64,000 bases of DNA from assembly GCF_022045235.1 (NCBI RefSeq), contig NW_027266341.1:53320001-53384000 (forward strand), written 5' to 3'. Below the pieces are notes generated by a model, which searched no databases, had not been told where the DNA came from, and worked only from the letters and a program-made list of their open reading frames with translations. The translations under genes were made by a program, and so were the position numbers. Of this stretch, positions 51,085 to 63,509 are shown piece after piece (within the stretch, counting starts at the first letter, position 1; every line of letters begins with the position of its first letter). The DNA comes from Haliotis cracherodii. Its lineage: Eukaryota.

Positions 51085-54000
51085 ATGTATGTCATTGTGC
51101 GCTACGGAGGTAAGTACTTTCATAATGTATTTGTTGAGGGAGAAGTGTCCATGTTCTTAACAAAACCAGAGCTATCGATGCAATTTAGTCTGTGTACTTG
51201 TTTACATTGAGTTTGACTACAAAGAGCTCAACTTCATGACAGAATGTTTGAAAATTTCTGAATTGTTTACGGTAAGTTCGATGTACTGAAATGCAATGTC
51301 ACGGTACTCAATGAGTTTTTATTGAACATTATATTGTCAAATGAAATTATTCCTCATCTCTGAAATCATATTTTCAATTAGACGTCGTTTTGTACAATTG
51401 TTCAGCTATGAGTGCGTGAGTCTGGATTAACGCCGCTTTGAACAGTATTCCAGTTATACCGCAGCGTGTCAGCTTAATGTGGGAGGAAAGACCGAAGTGA
51501 TGCAGGTTTCAGACGGTTTTCAATTTGGTGAAACCCTTGAGCATGGGTATGGCACTGACAAACCAAGAAACATAATTGGGGCGAACCGGAATTCGAACCC
51601 ACCATCATAGGTGTCTGATCGGCCCAAGGGACGCAACTCTACAAAGCCTTGTACCCTGTTCAGCTATGAAATTGTCAGATATAAACAACATAATTTACAT
51701 GTTTATTTATTCTGACCTACCGAAATTCCTTTTCATTAAATATTAATTAAAGTAAAAGAACTGTTATTCGTTTCCTAATGTCGAAGAATTGGTTACTTGA
51801 GAGAGAAAAATCAGTTTCCCTAACCTAACCCTCGTAACCCTAAATAATTTTCAGAATTCACCACATAAATATGACATATTAAACACTTAAGACCAGGGTT
51901 GTCATGATTTGTTATATTTTTTTCTGAGTTGTTACGCCGAATCATCTTTTTAGATCCCCGATAATCCCTAATCACATTCCTAGGTTTGCCAACACCATAC
52001 CTTGTTGTTTTATACTAAGATGGTAAATGTCTAACATCTGCTTCACTGGGCTTTCATCCCACATCAAGCTGACACTATGACTGGAAGAATGATGAAAGCG
52101 GCGTTAAAGCCAGCTCACTCACTAAAACAGCGTTGGTTGTTCACTGATATATGTTACAAAATACTGTGCCATGCCATCTGACACATTTGTTACAGTAAGA
52201 TCAACCGCATCTGTAAATGTTTACAAAATGCTGCGAGCTGCGCAAGTTTACAGCTCAACGTAATAAGCAGAGTGTGTATTTTCAAGTGTATACTTTCTTT
52301 TGCCCGGCAGTTTATATGAATATGCAGGAGTGGCGCTAAACCTTTTTCAATGTGAATAATATTGTACAAACTCTACTTAACTAACTGAAGCCATTAGTGT
52401 AATTGTTTGTGAAACCTTTAAGCGGCTCCAATCGTCCGTAATCACTGTAAGGCGATTGCGTTACTAAACACATTTCATTCAATAGGCAAAATAGGCTTTC
52501 TGATGTATGTCACGCTAACTATTTAACTGCGTATATTATTATAATACATTTACAGTTTAATATACGGGGTGGCTATAATGTTCTTAACACGACGGATATA
52601 GTACAGGCTTACCCGTTTGCAGTATTAAGAACGATGCTTTCCTTGCTTACGGGCTGCAATTAAACAAAATGCACAACCAGGCAGCATATTTCTGCAGGCA
52701 TGCAAGTGACTATTATTCTCTGTTAATGAAAATGGACTTATTTGGCTACCGCGCTGTTATCAGGTATCTCCAAGTTAAATACTCCAACAGCCGGCCATGC
52801 GGACATGGTGTTAACTTTTGGAGATGGTGTTCCTTCCTTTGCCAACGTTAGGGGTGGGCAGCGGAGTTCAAAGGTGAGGAGAATACCTCGAAGATAAACC
52901 AAGAACAGGGAGATCTTTAAATATAATTGATTGAGGATGATCGACTCACTACACGTCACATGGCCAATACAGTAGGCCCCGCTCATGAAAGAGTGCAGAG
53001 CATTCTGATGTTTGTTTGTTTGTTTGTTGTTTAACGCTGCACTCAGCAATATTCCAGCTATATGACGGCGGCCTGTAAATAATCGAGTCTGGACAAGACA
53101 ATCCAGTGATTGACATCATGATCATCGATCCACGCAATTGGGTTCGATGGCATGCATCAACCAAGTCAGCGAGCCTGACCACCCGACCCTGTTAGTCGCC
53201 TTTTACGACAAGCATAGTCCTCTTTTCGGCAAGCATGGGTTGCTGAAGACCTATTCTACCCCGGATCTTCACGGGTCAAGAACGTTCTGAGGAATGAATT
53301 GGTTACGCCTGGCTCCAAGGTTTCTGACTCCTGGTCAGAAACGCTCCAGGTTCATCTTCTCTGGTGAGAAATTACGTCATTTTGAAACAGACCCAGCTGA
53401 TATTGTTGAGCGATTTGTAACCATGGATGAGTCTTAGGTTCACCTCTATCAGCCAGAGACAAAACAACACTCAAGAGTGTAAACATCTCCGCCGAAGAAG
53501 AAAGCAATATCTGTTCTGGGGATCTACGACTTTGTATGAAGATTAGATAGTTTTCGGCTACAGCTATAAGAGCACTTTTTTAAGCTGAACAATGAGCCTA
53601 AATATATATATATTTTTTAAACATCTTGAAAAATGTATTTATGATAACAGACAATTTAATTTTGTATCTGAACAGTATGAAGCACAATATCAAATGGTCG
53701 GTCCCTAAAGTCGTGTTGTTACTAGTGAAAAATGCACCTATGCACAAGTCTGTTGTCGCCATGGCTGCAATACATGACATCCGCATTCACCAGATTTGGC
53801 ACCGTCAGATTTCAACATTTTACCAAACTTGAAGAAAGAACTGTCTGGCAAGCATGATGCAAATGACGGTGACGACGACGACGATGATGATGATGATGAT
53901 ATTTAACGAGCGCGTCCGATTTCGCCCTCGGTGACGGTGACGTTAAGTCTGCTGTGGGTGAAATTTTTACACCACCAGCAGGACACCTTATACGCCAGTG

Positions 54001-57000
54001 GGGTCCAGGTACTCCAGCATCGTTGTGAATGGACATCAGAGGGGAGTATGTGAAAAAATAAGTAGCAACCAACTCCATCAACCCAAAGTAAGGCTCAGAC
54101 CTTCTCAGACACGCGTTTAGCCTAGATATTATCTCCATACGCCGACCCCCGTTTAGATCCGGGTCAGATTTGATCTGAAGCATCCCATGCTTGTAAGAGT
54201 CGATTAACGGGCTCGGGTGGTCAGGCCTGCTGACTTGACTGATTGTCACCGTATTCCAATTGCGTAGGTCGAGTCGCCTCCTACGACAAGAAAAGTTCTA
54301 TAGTTTGTTTGTTTATGGTTGCCGCGCACTCAGCATTATTCCAGCTATATGACGGCGGTCTGAAAATAATCCTGTCTGGACCAGACAATACAGTGATTGA
54401 CATCATGAGCATCGATCCACGCAATTGGGATACGATGACATGCATGAACCAAGTCAGCGAGCCCGACCACCCGATCCTGTAATCGCGTCTTACGACAAGC
54501 ATAGTCGCCTTTACGGGAAGCATAGGTTGCTGAAGACCTTTTCTACTCGGATCTCCACGGGTGAGTAGTGTAGTAGTGGTGATGGTGGTAGTGGAAGTAG
54601 TAGCAGTGGTGGTAATAGCAGTACGTGGGCGAGTGTAGAACCATTACGATACAACTCAGTACTATTATCACAGAAGCCTTACGTCAACCAGGACAAAACG
54701 TATTTGCCAAGTTGGTTACACGTTTTTCTTCTTGCATTGATAATAACATGAATACACATTCAATTGTGAGGCGCGCGAGCAACCTTGGTTAACCTCTGTC
54801 TTGAGACAGGATGAAGTTAACTGTGCCACTATTCAAACTGTCATATATCTCACCATACACACTGTTGACCCTTGCTGAAAACACATACTGTCGATCTCTT
54901 GTCGGATCTGAAAGACCGACATGGACACAATGCTACCATTGGGCGAGCCTCGACAGCAAGTCGTTCCCTTAAACACATATAATTGACAAAGCCCTGCCGG
55001 GCTATTATGTTCATATTATTCAGCTGTTTACGACACAGGTAGTAATTTCCTGGTGAATATGTTGTACCTATTCGCACTGATTTCCTATTAATACTGGCTC
55101 TGTACAAGTATTGTGTTGACTGTTTACCGAACTCAGCTGTGTTTATCAAAGGCTATATCCAGTTTGTATCAATCTAAACGCCAGCTGCATATCGTTATAT
55201 GCCTTGTTTATCTCGTGCTCTGGATACATAATATAAAAATGATTCTATGCTCTATTCCTTTGTGCGTGGGTATAATTAGACCACGAGGATCCGATGAAAT
55301 TGAAATGGTCAATAAAACCACGAAGTGCGGAGAGCCGATCGAAGTGTTCAACTGACCAATTTAACAATTTCACAATGTACCGTAAGAAATCATACGTTAT
55401 TAACGGGAATTTACTCCACACTGTATGTAAACATTAAATGTTTTACCCAGAAAATTACAACAGCCTAGATCAATCACTCCTTTTTTCTTCAATCTTCTTT
55501 TTCCTTTCCTCAGACACTCTGTCCTCTTCTGTCGTCACCTTCACGCCCTGCCGTGTTTCCCTTGAAGACCTACTCCAAATTTCCTGTCCGTTACCTTAGT
55601 CACCCTGTCCTTCACCTTAGTCACCCTGCCCTTTACGTCAATCGACATGCCCTTTACCTTAATCGCCATGTCCTTCACCTTAGTCACCCTGCCCTTTACG
55701 TCAATCGCCATGCCCTTCACCTTAATCGCCATGTCCTTCACCTTAGTCAACCTGTCCTTCACCTTAGTCGCCACTGTCCTTCCCCTTAGTCGCCCTGTCC
55801 TTCACCTTAGTCGCCCCTGTCCTTCACCTTAGTCTCCCTGTTCTTCACCTTAGTCGCCCTGTCCTTCACCTTAGTCGCCACTGTCCTGTACCTTAGTCGC
55901 CCTGTTATTTACCTTAGTCGCCCTGTCGTTCACCTTAGTCGACCTGTCCTTTACACTGGTCGCCCTGTCCTTCACCTTAGTCACCCTGTCCTTCACCTTA
56001 GTCGCCCTGTTCTTCACCTTAGTCGCCCTGTCCTTCACCTTAGTCGCCACTGTCCTGTACCTTAGTCGCCCTGTTATTTACCTTAGTCGCCCTGTCGTTC
56101 ACCTTAGTCGACCTGTCCTTTACACTGGTCGCCCTGTCCTTCACCTTAGTCACCCTGTCCTTCACCTTAGTCGCCCCTGTCCTTCACCTTAGTCTCCCTG
56201 TTCTTCACCTTAGTCACCCTGTTCTTCACCTTAGTCACCCTGTCCTTCACCTTAGTCGACCTGTCCTTTACACTGGTCGCCCTGTCCTTCACCTTAATCG
56301 CCACTGTCCTTCACCTTAGTCACCCTGTTATTTACCTTAGTCACCCTGTCCTTCCCCTTAGTCGCCCTGTTCTTCACCTTAGTCACCCTGTTCTTCACCT
56401 TAGTCACCCTGTTCTTCACCTTAGTCGCCCTGTCCTTCACCTTAGTCGACCTGTCCTTTACACTGGTCGCCCTGTCCTTCACCTTAATCGCCACTGTCCT
56501 TCACCTTAGTCACCCTGTTATTTACCTTAGTCGCCCTGTCCTCCACCTTAGTCGCCCTGTCCTGTACCTTAGTCGCCCTGTTATTTACCTCATTCGCCCT
56601 ATCCTTCACCTTAGACGCCACTGTCCTTCACCTTAGTCACCCTGTTATTTACCTTAGTCGCCCTGTCCTTCACCTTAGTTGTCCTGTCCTTTACCTGAGT
56701 CGCCCTGTCCTTCACCTTAGTCGACCTGTCCTTTACACTGGTCGCCCTGTCCTTTACCTGAGTCGCCCTGTCCTTTACCTTAGTCGCCCTGTCCTTTACA
56801 CTGGTAGCCCTGTCCTTTACCTGAGTCGCCCTGTCCTTTACCTTAGTCGCCCTGTCCTTTACACTGGTAGCCCTGTCCTTTACCTGAGTCGCCCTGTCCT
56901 TCACCTTAGTCGCCCTGTCGTTTACACTGGTCGCCCTGTCCTTTACCTTAGTCGCCCTGTCCTTCCCCTTAGTCGCCCTGTCCTGTACCTTAGTCGCCCT

Positions 57001-60000
57001 GTCCTTTACCTCAGTCGCCCTGTCCTTTACTCTGGTCGCCCTGTCCTTTACCTAAGTCGCCCTGTTATTTACCTCAGGAGCCATGTCAGGTGATCCGTCA
57101 TTTCGTCTCATCCTTTACATGATTAGGGCGGTCGGGTAGCCTAGTGGTTAAAGTGTTCGCTCGTCACGCCGAAGACCCGGGTTCGATTCCCGACATGGGT
57201 ACAATGTGTGAAGCCCATTTCTGGTGTCCCCCGCCGTGATATTGCTGGGATATTGCTAAAAGCGGCGTAAAACCATACTCACTCACTTTACATGATTACC
57301 TCAAGTGTTCGGTCATCTAAATTATTCGCCCTCTCCTTTACTTCATATTTTCCGTTTTTTTAATTACTCGCCCTATCCTATTACCTTATGTGTTCTATCA
57401 TTTATATTACTCGCCCTCTCCTTTACTTCATATTTTCCTTTTTTTTAATTACTCGCCCTATCCTATTACCTTATGTGTTCTATCATTTATATTACTCGCC
57501 CTCTCCTTTACTTCATATTTTCCGTTTTTTTAATTACTCGCCCTATCCTATTACCTTATGTGTTCTATCATTTATATTATTCGCCCTCTCCTTTACTTCA
57601 TATTTTCCGTTTTTTTAATTACTCGCCCTATCCTATTACATTATGTGTTCTATCATTTATATTACTCGCCCTCTCCTTTACTTCATATTTTCCGGTTTTT
57701 TAATTACTCGCCCTATCCTATTACCTTATGTGTTCTATCATGTATATTACTCGCCCTGTCCTTTACTTCACGTTTTCCGTTTTTGAATTACTCGCCCAAT
57801 CATTTTACCTTATGTGTTCTATCATTTATATTACTCGCCCTGTCCTTTACTTCACGTTTTCCGTTTTTGAATTACTCGCCCAATCTTTTTACCCTCATGT
57901 GTCCTTTACCTGTATTCCGTAAATTGAAATACTTGCCCTGTCCATTACCGCACGTGTTCCGTTATTTAAAATACTCTTCTTGTCTTAAATTACTCGCCCT
58001 GTATACTTCATGTGTTCCGTCATTTGAATTACTCGCCCTGACCTGTTCCTAGTCATCCTCAAAGGTAACTATGCTTGCAGGAAAAGGAGACTAACGGGAT
58101 CGGGTGGACAGGCTCGCTGACTTGGTTGGTGCATGTCATCGAATCCCAATTGCGTGGATCGATGCTCATGATGTCAATCACTGGATTGTCTGATCCAGAC
58201 TCGATTATTTACAGACTGCCGTCATATAGCTGGAATATTACTGAGTGCGGAGTAAACAACAAACAAACAAACAAAACAAACATGATCATCCCACATTATG
58301 CTGATACGCTGTGATAGAGCTGGAATAATGTTCAAAGCAGCGTTAAAATCAACTCACTTACGAACCATTACCTAAGCTTCCTGTCCTTTACATGATTCAC
58401 AGGAGCCCAGGTCTGATAAGAAGTAGTGGCTGAGCACACAGTGTTCTGTTGATATTGTCAGAGTGCGTGACTTTGAAATTATAGTCCAGTGTATTACGTA
58501 AGGAGAAAAGTGACCGAAACGTTTTCAACCTGTCTTCATTAGCACCTACGCTGTGTAAATGTCCGCAATACATGTGCAGTGAGATATTATACCCCTTGTT
58601 ATGTGAATTCGTCAAGACAGCTGAAGAGTTAATCCTTTCACTACACGTATACTATATTTGTTGAATTGATTAGCAGTTTAAACCCCTATCTATTTTCATC
58701 GGATTTGGCGTTTCTAGGATACTCGTTTTCAGATTCGTGTGCGTGTGGCCTTTCCTTTTCAAACAGGCATTCGTGAGATTTATTTTACTTGAGATTAGGC
58801 CTTCGTTCAACTGAAGTGTCTATCGTAATAGACCAAATTACCTGGAATACATTACACAATACACAGGTCGATACAAGCAGTATGGAAACGGTGTTCTATC
58901 ATTTCACACTGATAAAAACCAAAGTGTATTCCGAGTGGACAAAATTTACTGGCTGCTCTAGACACACATAACACCAATACCCCTTCCCAGTCACTTTACG
59001 TGTCAAAATGTGTCACTTACTCGAGCATGCGTTTTCTGATTAATCCGTGTCCTGGTTAGTATTATGAGGGCCAATGACCGGCCGTCATACGCAGTGCACA
59101 GTTGCGTACCTTAGTCTCACCAGGATCCTATAGTCTTGGGTTCGATTTCATAGTTATATGATACTAGGGTTGTCAGCACCAGACCCGTGGTCGTGGAGGA
59201 CACCAAAGTGGTACATGCCTAAGACCTGTTTCACTAAAAGCGTCATAAAACAAAACTCACAGGTTCCGCTTTTCATCCAGGGTCCACTTCCCCAAAGCGA
59301 TCTCAGCGCTCCGATTACCGTAACTCACTTTTTTTTAACATAGACTTTCGACAGTCGTAACGATAAGATCGAATTGTGAATAGGTCCCATGTGGCCGAAA
59401 ACCCAGTGTTTATGTGCTTATATAGAAATGTTGACTTCTTGCTCTCAGATCGACAACAGCACATCTTCAACCCCAACTGTCGGAGCAGCACTTTGCTGAG
59501 GAGCATCAGAGACAAATGCACCTGTGGAGATCCTGGTACGTAGATCTTAAGATTCATGAAATGTAAAAATAATTGAACAGGGAAACAGAAACCAAAAAGT
59601 GAGTGAGTGTTGTTTTAAGCCGCTTTTAGCCATGTTCCAGCAATATCTCATCGGGGTCACCAGAAATAGGCTTCACTCATTGTACCCATGTCGGTGAAAA
59701 CCAAAAAGACATAGATACCAGTATTGACGTCAAAAGGATGCCCTGTGAAGATCAACCATATTGAGGTCCCATCAATTGTGTTAAGGAATTTCTAAACTGG
59801 ATTCTTTTTCAAATATCACCATTTCTTTTCATGCAAATAAAAGCGACAGAACCATTTCCATAATCATAAGCAGTCTCTGCTAAAAGCTATCTCTTACAAT
59901 TCCGACAGCATCATTTGCATGAAGTCGTGTTCGCGGAAAGCTGAGCGTATACTTCCCCACTGGTGGCACCGTTATATGTCATTCGTGACCAACTCGTGTT

Positions 60001-63000
60001 ATACCGGGACAAGCCGAATAGCGAGTTACGGAAAGGGGCGAGTGGTGACGAATGCGTCATATGTGCGACGGGCAGAGATTTTGACAATTATGTACTTGGT
60101 CCCCGTTTTAAGCTACATAAAAGGCCGTGAAAATGTATCTTGACAACAAAGCATACACATCTGTGATAAACGACATGAAGGTCAAAATATAACATACAGT
60201 CAAGTCTCGTTAATCCGACATCGTTGGTTGCACATGATTGTGTCGGATTAATGAGTATGTGGGATTAACGAAATTAAGTTTGTGTACTCAATTTTATATG
60301 GTTAGTTTCAGCTCTGGGCATAACAGGTTCACGTTGATTGGATCCGTTTTCTATAAATAGTTGTTCAAATATCTATCAGGACCATCTTCTGGAATACAGT
60401 TGTATTCATCAGTTTTACCAAAATAGTGAGTGAGTTGGGTTTTAACGCCGCTTTTAACAGTATTCCAGTTATATCGCAGCGTGTCAGCTTAATGTGGGAG
60501 GAAAGTCCGAAGTGATGCAGGTCTCAGACGTTTACCACTTCGGTGAAACCCACGAGCACGGGTATGGTGCTGACAAACCTAGAAACATAATCGGGGCGAA
60601 CCGGGAGTCGAACCCACAATCATAAGTTTCTGGCGTGCCCCTTACCAAAATAAATCTGATTGATGATGTATGTATAATCCAGTAGCGGAGGACATCGAGC
60701 TGTCAGACGAGTGTGGGAACATCAAGTACCTCCGTGACGCACACAACAGATACGCTAATGAAGTGCTGGGGGAACGTGAGACGCTCGTGTTGCTCCGAGT
60801 GGACGGTGAGTTGACTGGGTTCCTGTCGTGTCACCTTGATGTGTGATTTGTTTGTTTGTGGTTTAACGCTGCAATCAGCAACATTTCAGCTATATGACGT
60901 CGGTCTGAAAAATAACCGTGTCTGGACCAGACAATCCAGTGATTGACATCATGAGCATCGATCCATGCAATTGGGATACGATGACATGCATCAACTAAGT
61001 CAGCGAGCCTGACCACCCCGGGGCCCGATCCCGTATGTCGCCTCTTACGACAAGCATAGTCGCCTTTTATGGCTGAAGACCTATTCTACCCCGGATCTTC
61101 ACGGGTCCCTTGATGTGCGAGGAAAGCTCGAAGAAGTGCAGGTCTTTGACGTTAATCACGCAAGGGTTTGGTTCTGGCAAACCAAAAAACACAATCAGTG
61201 CAAACGTTGCATACTTGTATGAAACAAGGGGAACAAAACTATTAGGATACCTGTGTACTCATGTTAGATATACTGTTATACAATATTCAGTTAGTGAATG
61301 AATGGTTTTAACAACACACTGACTAGCAACATCACGGTGAAGGGTGCGAACACAGCGAACCTATACAGGGAAGCCATATTAATTTAATTCTCAAAGCAAT
61401 CGGGTCTCGAACCGGCACATAAGTGGACGATAACTTGAGCATCGATTCATCCTTCCGGGGAACGCGGACACACAATCACCTTGTAAGCCTCAACGACATT
61501 AAATGGACAATGATTTGATTCCAATCTCAGTCCAGTCAGGAATAAGGCACTGGGAAACAATTCTCACCATGTTATCTTTCCGAAAAGGAGGTCCATCTGC
61601 TGTGAAGACAACATTTTGGCTTATCTTTACTTTGTTCTGCTTTGAGGACACTTACAATCAGATAAAATGTGCTCTTGTGCTTTTATAGATCTAAATGTGT
61701 ATGAGTTCAGGTGTATTTTGTCTTGACTAGTCTCCCCATGTATGTGTTTGTGATGCAGGTACGGAACACCCCTACCCCCGCTACACACCCCTACTGAAGG
61801 ACGAAGAGGCCATCACGGAGGAGTTCCTAGGTAAGGGACCCGTGAAGATCCGGGGTAGAATAGCAACCCATCCTTGCCGTAAAAGGCCACTATGTTTGTC
61901 GTAAGAGGCGACTAACGGGACCGGGTGGTCTGCTCGCTGACTTGGTTGATGCATGTCATCGTATCCCAAATCTGGGGATCGATGCTCATGATGTCAATCA
62001 CTGGATTGTCTGGTCCAGACTCGATTATTTCCAGACCACTGTCATATAGCTGGAATAATGATGAGTGCGGCGTTAAACAACAAACAAAACCGCACACAAA
62101 ATCCTAGGTGAGGGAGTTGGGTTTAACGTAATAATATCACAATGTGTCAGCTTGATGTCGGAGAAAATCCCAAACTGATGCGGGTGTTTGACATTTACCG
62201 CTTTGTTGAAACGCACGAGCAGGGGTATGGTGCTGGCAGCCATGGTAACATAAGTTAACATAAATATCACGTTTACGTCCAACAGTTTCGATACTCACTG
62301 AAACCCTTCTGGGCATGTGAGATAGGGATTTGCGAAACGCGGCTGACTGGCACTTTTTAGTAAATAAGAGTTATATATTCCAGAACATACTGGCAAAATT
62401 TAATTGAAGCGACAAGACACAAAACGTCCATTTATGGTGTGTGACGGGGGTATTCATGTGGGTGTGTTGGTGAGCGTGCGTGCCTGCGAGTGTTGGTTGG
62501 TCTGGCCAAACACATCTTTGACTTCCCCGTTCAGATAAACATAACTGTTAACTGGTCTGTCCCCTACGCTTGCTTCATCTTGAAATTATATATAACCAAA
62601 ATACGCATGTATAATGTTGACTTGTGAAAGTATTTTTCCGATTTAGTATATTATTCCACATCATTATTTTCTCATTAATTCAAACAGCCCGATGATGTTT
62701 TATTAAAAAACTCATTTGGTTTCAGATTCTTTTTTTCAAATATACTCGTTTGTGTTGCATTTTATATGAAACCATCATTTTAACTTCCACAATATTGGAA
62801 CTGTGATATATGATGATACTGCAAATGTGGTATATAACAATAAGTTAGCCGTATCTCACCATCTTTTCCAATATGGAGACACCATAACGTGACTTACTGC
62901 ATTTGGGTTTACATTAGGTTGTGGGTGACAATTGTGACAGAATGAACAAAATAATAAGCCTGCTGTCAGCGACAATTTATTACTACAATGGAGGTTATAT

Positions 63001-63222
63001 TTCGATAAAGCCAATGACTTTCTCTGCTCTGTAGCCCGGCTTGTGGTCAAGGATGAACCTGAGAGCCGACCCCAGAGCCTGCGAAAGGGCAAAGGCCGTG
63101 GACTGTCATCAGACAAGGAGAAGTCCAGCAAGGATAAGGTCAACAAGGACAAATCTCGTCAAACAAAGCATTCGCAGGAGAGGCCCGCGAGATCACGTTC
63201 CAGACAAGCACGAGAACAGTGA
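51085..63222 (+). CDS. CXorf65: CXorf65/C22orf15-like protein, 163 aa; join(51085..51109, 59449..59535, 60686..60805, 61759..61830, 63035..63222)
   Basis: Five GT-AG exons, all introns phase 1, give MYVIVRYGDRQQHIFNPNCRSSTLLRSIRDKCTCGDPAEDIELSDECGNIKYLRDAHNRYANEVLGERETLVLLRVDGTEHPYPRYTPLLKDEEAITEEFLARLVVK...RQAREQ*. The M-x-x-x-V-x-YG, FNPNC, ELSDE-G, YA-E-L--RE and YTPLL motifs and the basic tail match the CXorf65/C22orf15 family as I recall it. Confidence 0.85.
51412..51656 (-). mobile_element. 5'-truncated SINE, family A
   Basis: Colinear with the 47789 copy; 13-bp TSD tgttcagctatga at 51399-51411 and 51657-51669. Confidence 0.85.
52727..54115 (+). mobile_element. Decayed mariner (Tc1/mariner, D,D34D-type) transposase relic, interrupted by later insertions
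   Basis: Fragments MKMDLFGYRAVIRYLQVK, FGDGVPSFANVRGWAAEFK..LEDKPRTGR, APRFLTPGQKRSR, RFVTMDES*VHLYQPETKQ, NAPMHKSVVAMAAIHD, PHSPDLAPSDF..PNLKKELSG and GEYVKK*, with many stops and frameshifts. Confidence 0.85.
53009..53277 (-). mobile_element. Near full-length SINE-like repeat, family C, nested in the mariner relic
   Basis: Runs from the (tgtt)n tail to the ...ccggatcttcacgggtc head. Confidence 0.85.
54147..54290 (+). mobile_element. Partial family C repeat, inverted relative to the adjacent copy
   Basis: agatccgggt...cccatgcttgtaagag...gggtggtcaggc. Confidence 0.55.
54303..54562 (-). mobile_element. Near full-length SINE-like repeat, family C
   Basis: Colinear with the 53009 copy. Confidence 0.85.
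55590..57085. repeat. 21-bp minisatellite (consensus CCTTAGTCGCCCTGTCCTTCA), ~70 units
   Basis: Direct tandem repetition, with higher-order blocks of 169 and 190 bp. Confidence 0.95.
57126..57286 (+). mobile_element. Full-length short tRNA-derived SINE, family B
   Basis: A box TAGCCTAGTGG, B box GGTTCGATTCC, (ACTC) tail; 12-bp TSD tttacatgatta at 57114-57125 and 57287-57298. Confidence 0.9.
57320..58050. repeat. 85-bp minisatellite made of two ~42-bp subunits, degenerating rightwards
   Basis: Period of 85 (ORF starts 57388, 57473, 57558); each subunit contains ttactcgccct(c/a/g)tcct. Confidence 0.9.
58071..58270 (+). mobile_element. SINE-like repeat, family C (5'-truncated)
   Basis: gactaacgggatcgggtgg...gagtgcggagtaaacaacaaacaaac. 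Confidence 0.8.
59600..59697 (-). mobile_element. 5'-truncated SINE, family B
   Basis: Reverse complement of the 3' part of the 57126 copy; TSD aaaccaaaaag at 59589-59599 and 59698-59708. Confidence 0.75.
60195..60272. mobile_element. Possible end of a Tc1/pogo-type MITE
   Basis: TACAGTCAAGTCTCGTTAATCCGACA followed by the internal inverted subrepeat TGTCGGATTAATGAG; the other end is not seen. Confidence 0.4.
60426..60641 (-). mobile_element. 5'-truncated SINE, family A
   Basis: Colinear with the 47789 copy; 11-bp TSD ttaccaaaata at 60415-60425 and 60642-60652. Confidence 0.85.
60844..61107 (-). mobile_element. Full-length SINE-like repeat, family C
   Basis: 10-bp TSD ccttgatgtg at 60834-60843 and 61108-61117. 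Confidence 0.9.
61839..62101 (+). mobile_element. Full-length SINE-like repeat, family C, inserted at the exon-4 splice donor
   Basis: 14-bp TSD tcctaggt(a/g)aggga at 61825-61838 and 62102-62115. Confidence 0.88.
62113..62250 (-). mobile_element. Diverged partial SINE, family A
   Basis: gagttgggtttaacg...tgtgtcagcttgatgt...cacgagcaggggtatggtgctg. Confidence 0.6.
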
Positions 63223-63383
63223 TGTTATTACCACGTCACTTCCGGCAGCTATGAATATCAGCATAAACTTAACATTAGCATTCGACACTTTTCATTTTGG
63301 AAGCCAAGTTGCGTACACCAGTTCAACATATCAAAGACGTCTATGTACGGTGTCCATACACTGATATAAAGTTTTAAACATCA

Positions 63384-63509
63384 GTGAGTGAGTATGGTTT
63401 TACGCCGCTTTTAGCAATATTCCAGCAATATCACGGCGGGGGACACCAGAAATGGATCTTCGGCGTGACGAGCGAACGCTTTAACCACTAGGCTACCCGA
63501 CCGCCCCTG
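63384..63509 (-). mobile_element. SINE family B with an internal deletion, in the probable 3'UTR of the CXorf65-like gene
   Basis: Both ends of family B are present but the B-box region is deleted; TSD ttaaacatca at 63374-63383 and 63510-63519. Confidence 0.85.

Noticed and set aside
51815-51845. Telomere-like ccctaacctaaccc...accctaa
   Set aside because: Only 2-3 imperfect units; too short to call an interstitial telomere.
55541-56904. KVKDRAT-repeat protein ORFs on the minus strand
   Set aside because: These are translations of the 21-bp minisatellite, broken by 22-bp units (frameshifts), and lie in an intron of the plus-strand gene.
57126-57200. tRNA gene
   Set aside because: The tRNA-like head continues into a SINE body and tail and is flanked by a 12-bp TSD; further copies occur in the window.
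62856-63364. ORFs 62856..63152 (-) and 63041..63364 (+)
   Set aside because: They are antisense and alternative frames of CXorf65-like exon 5.
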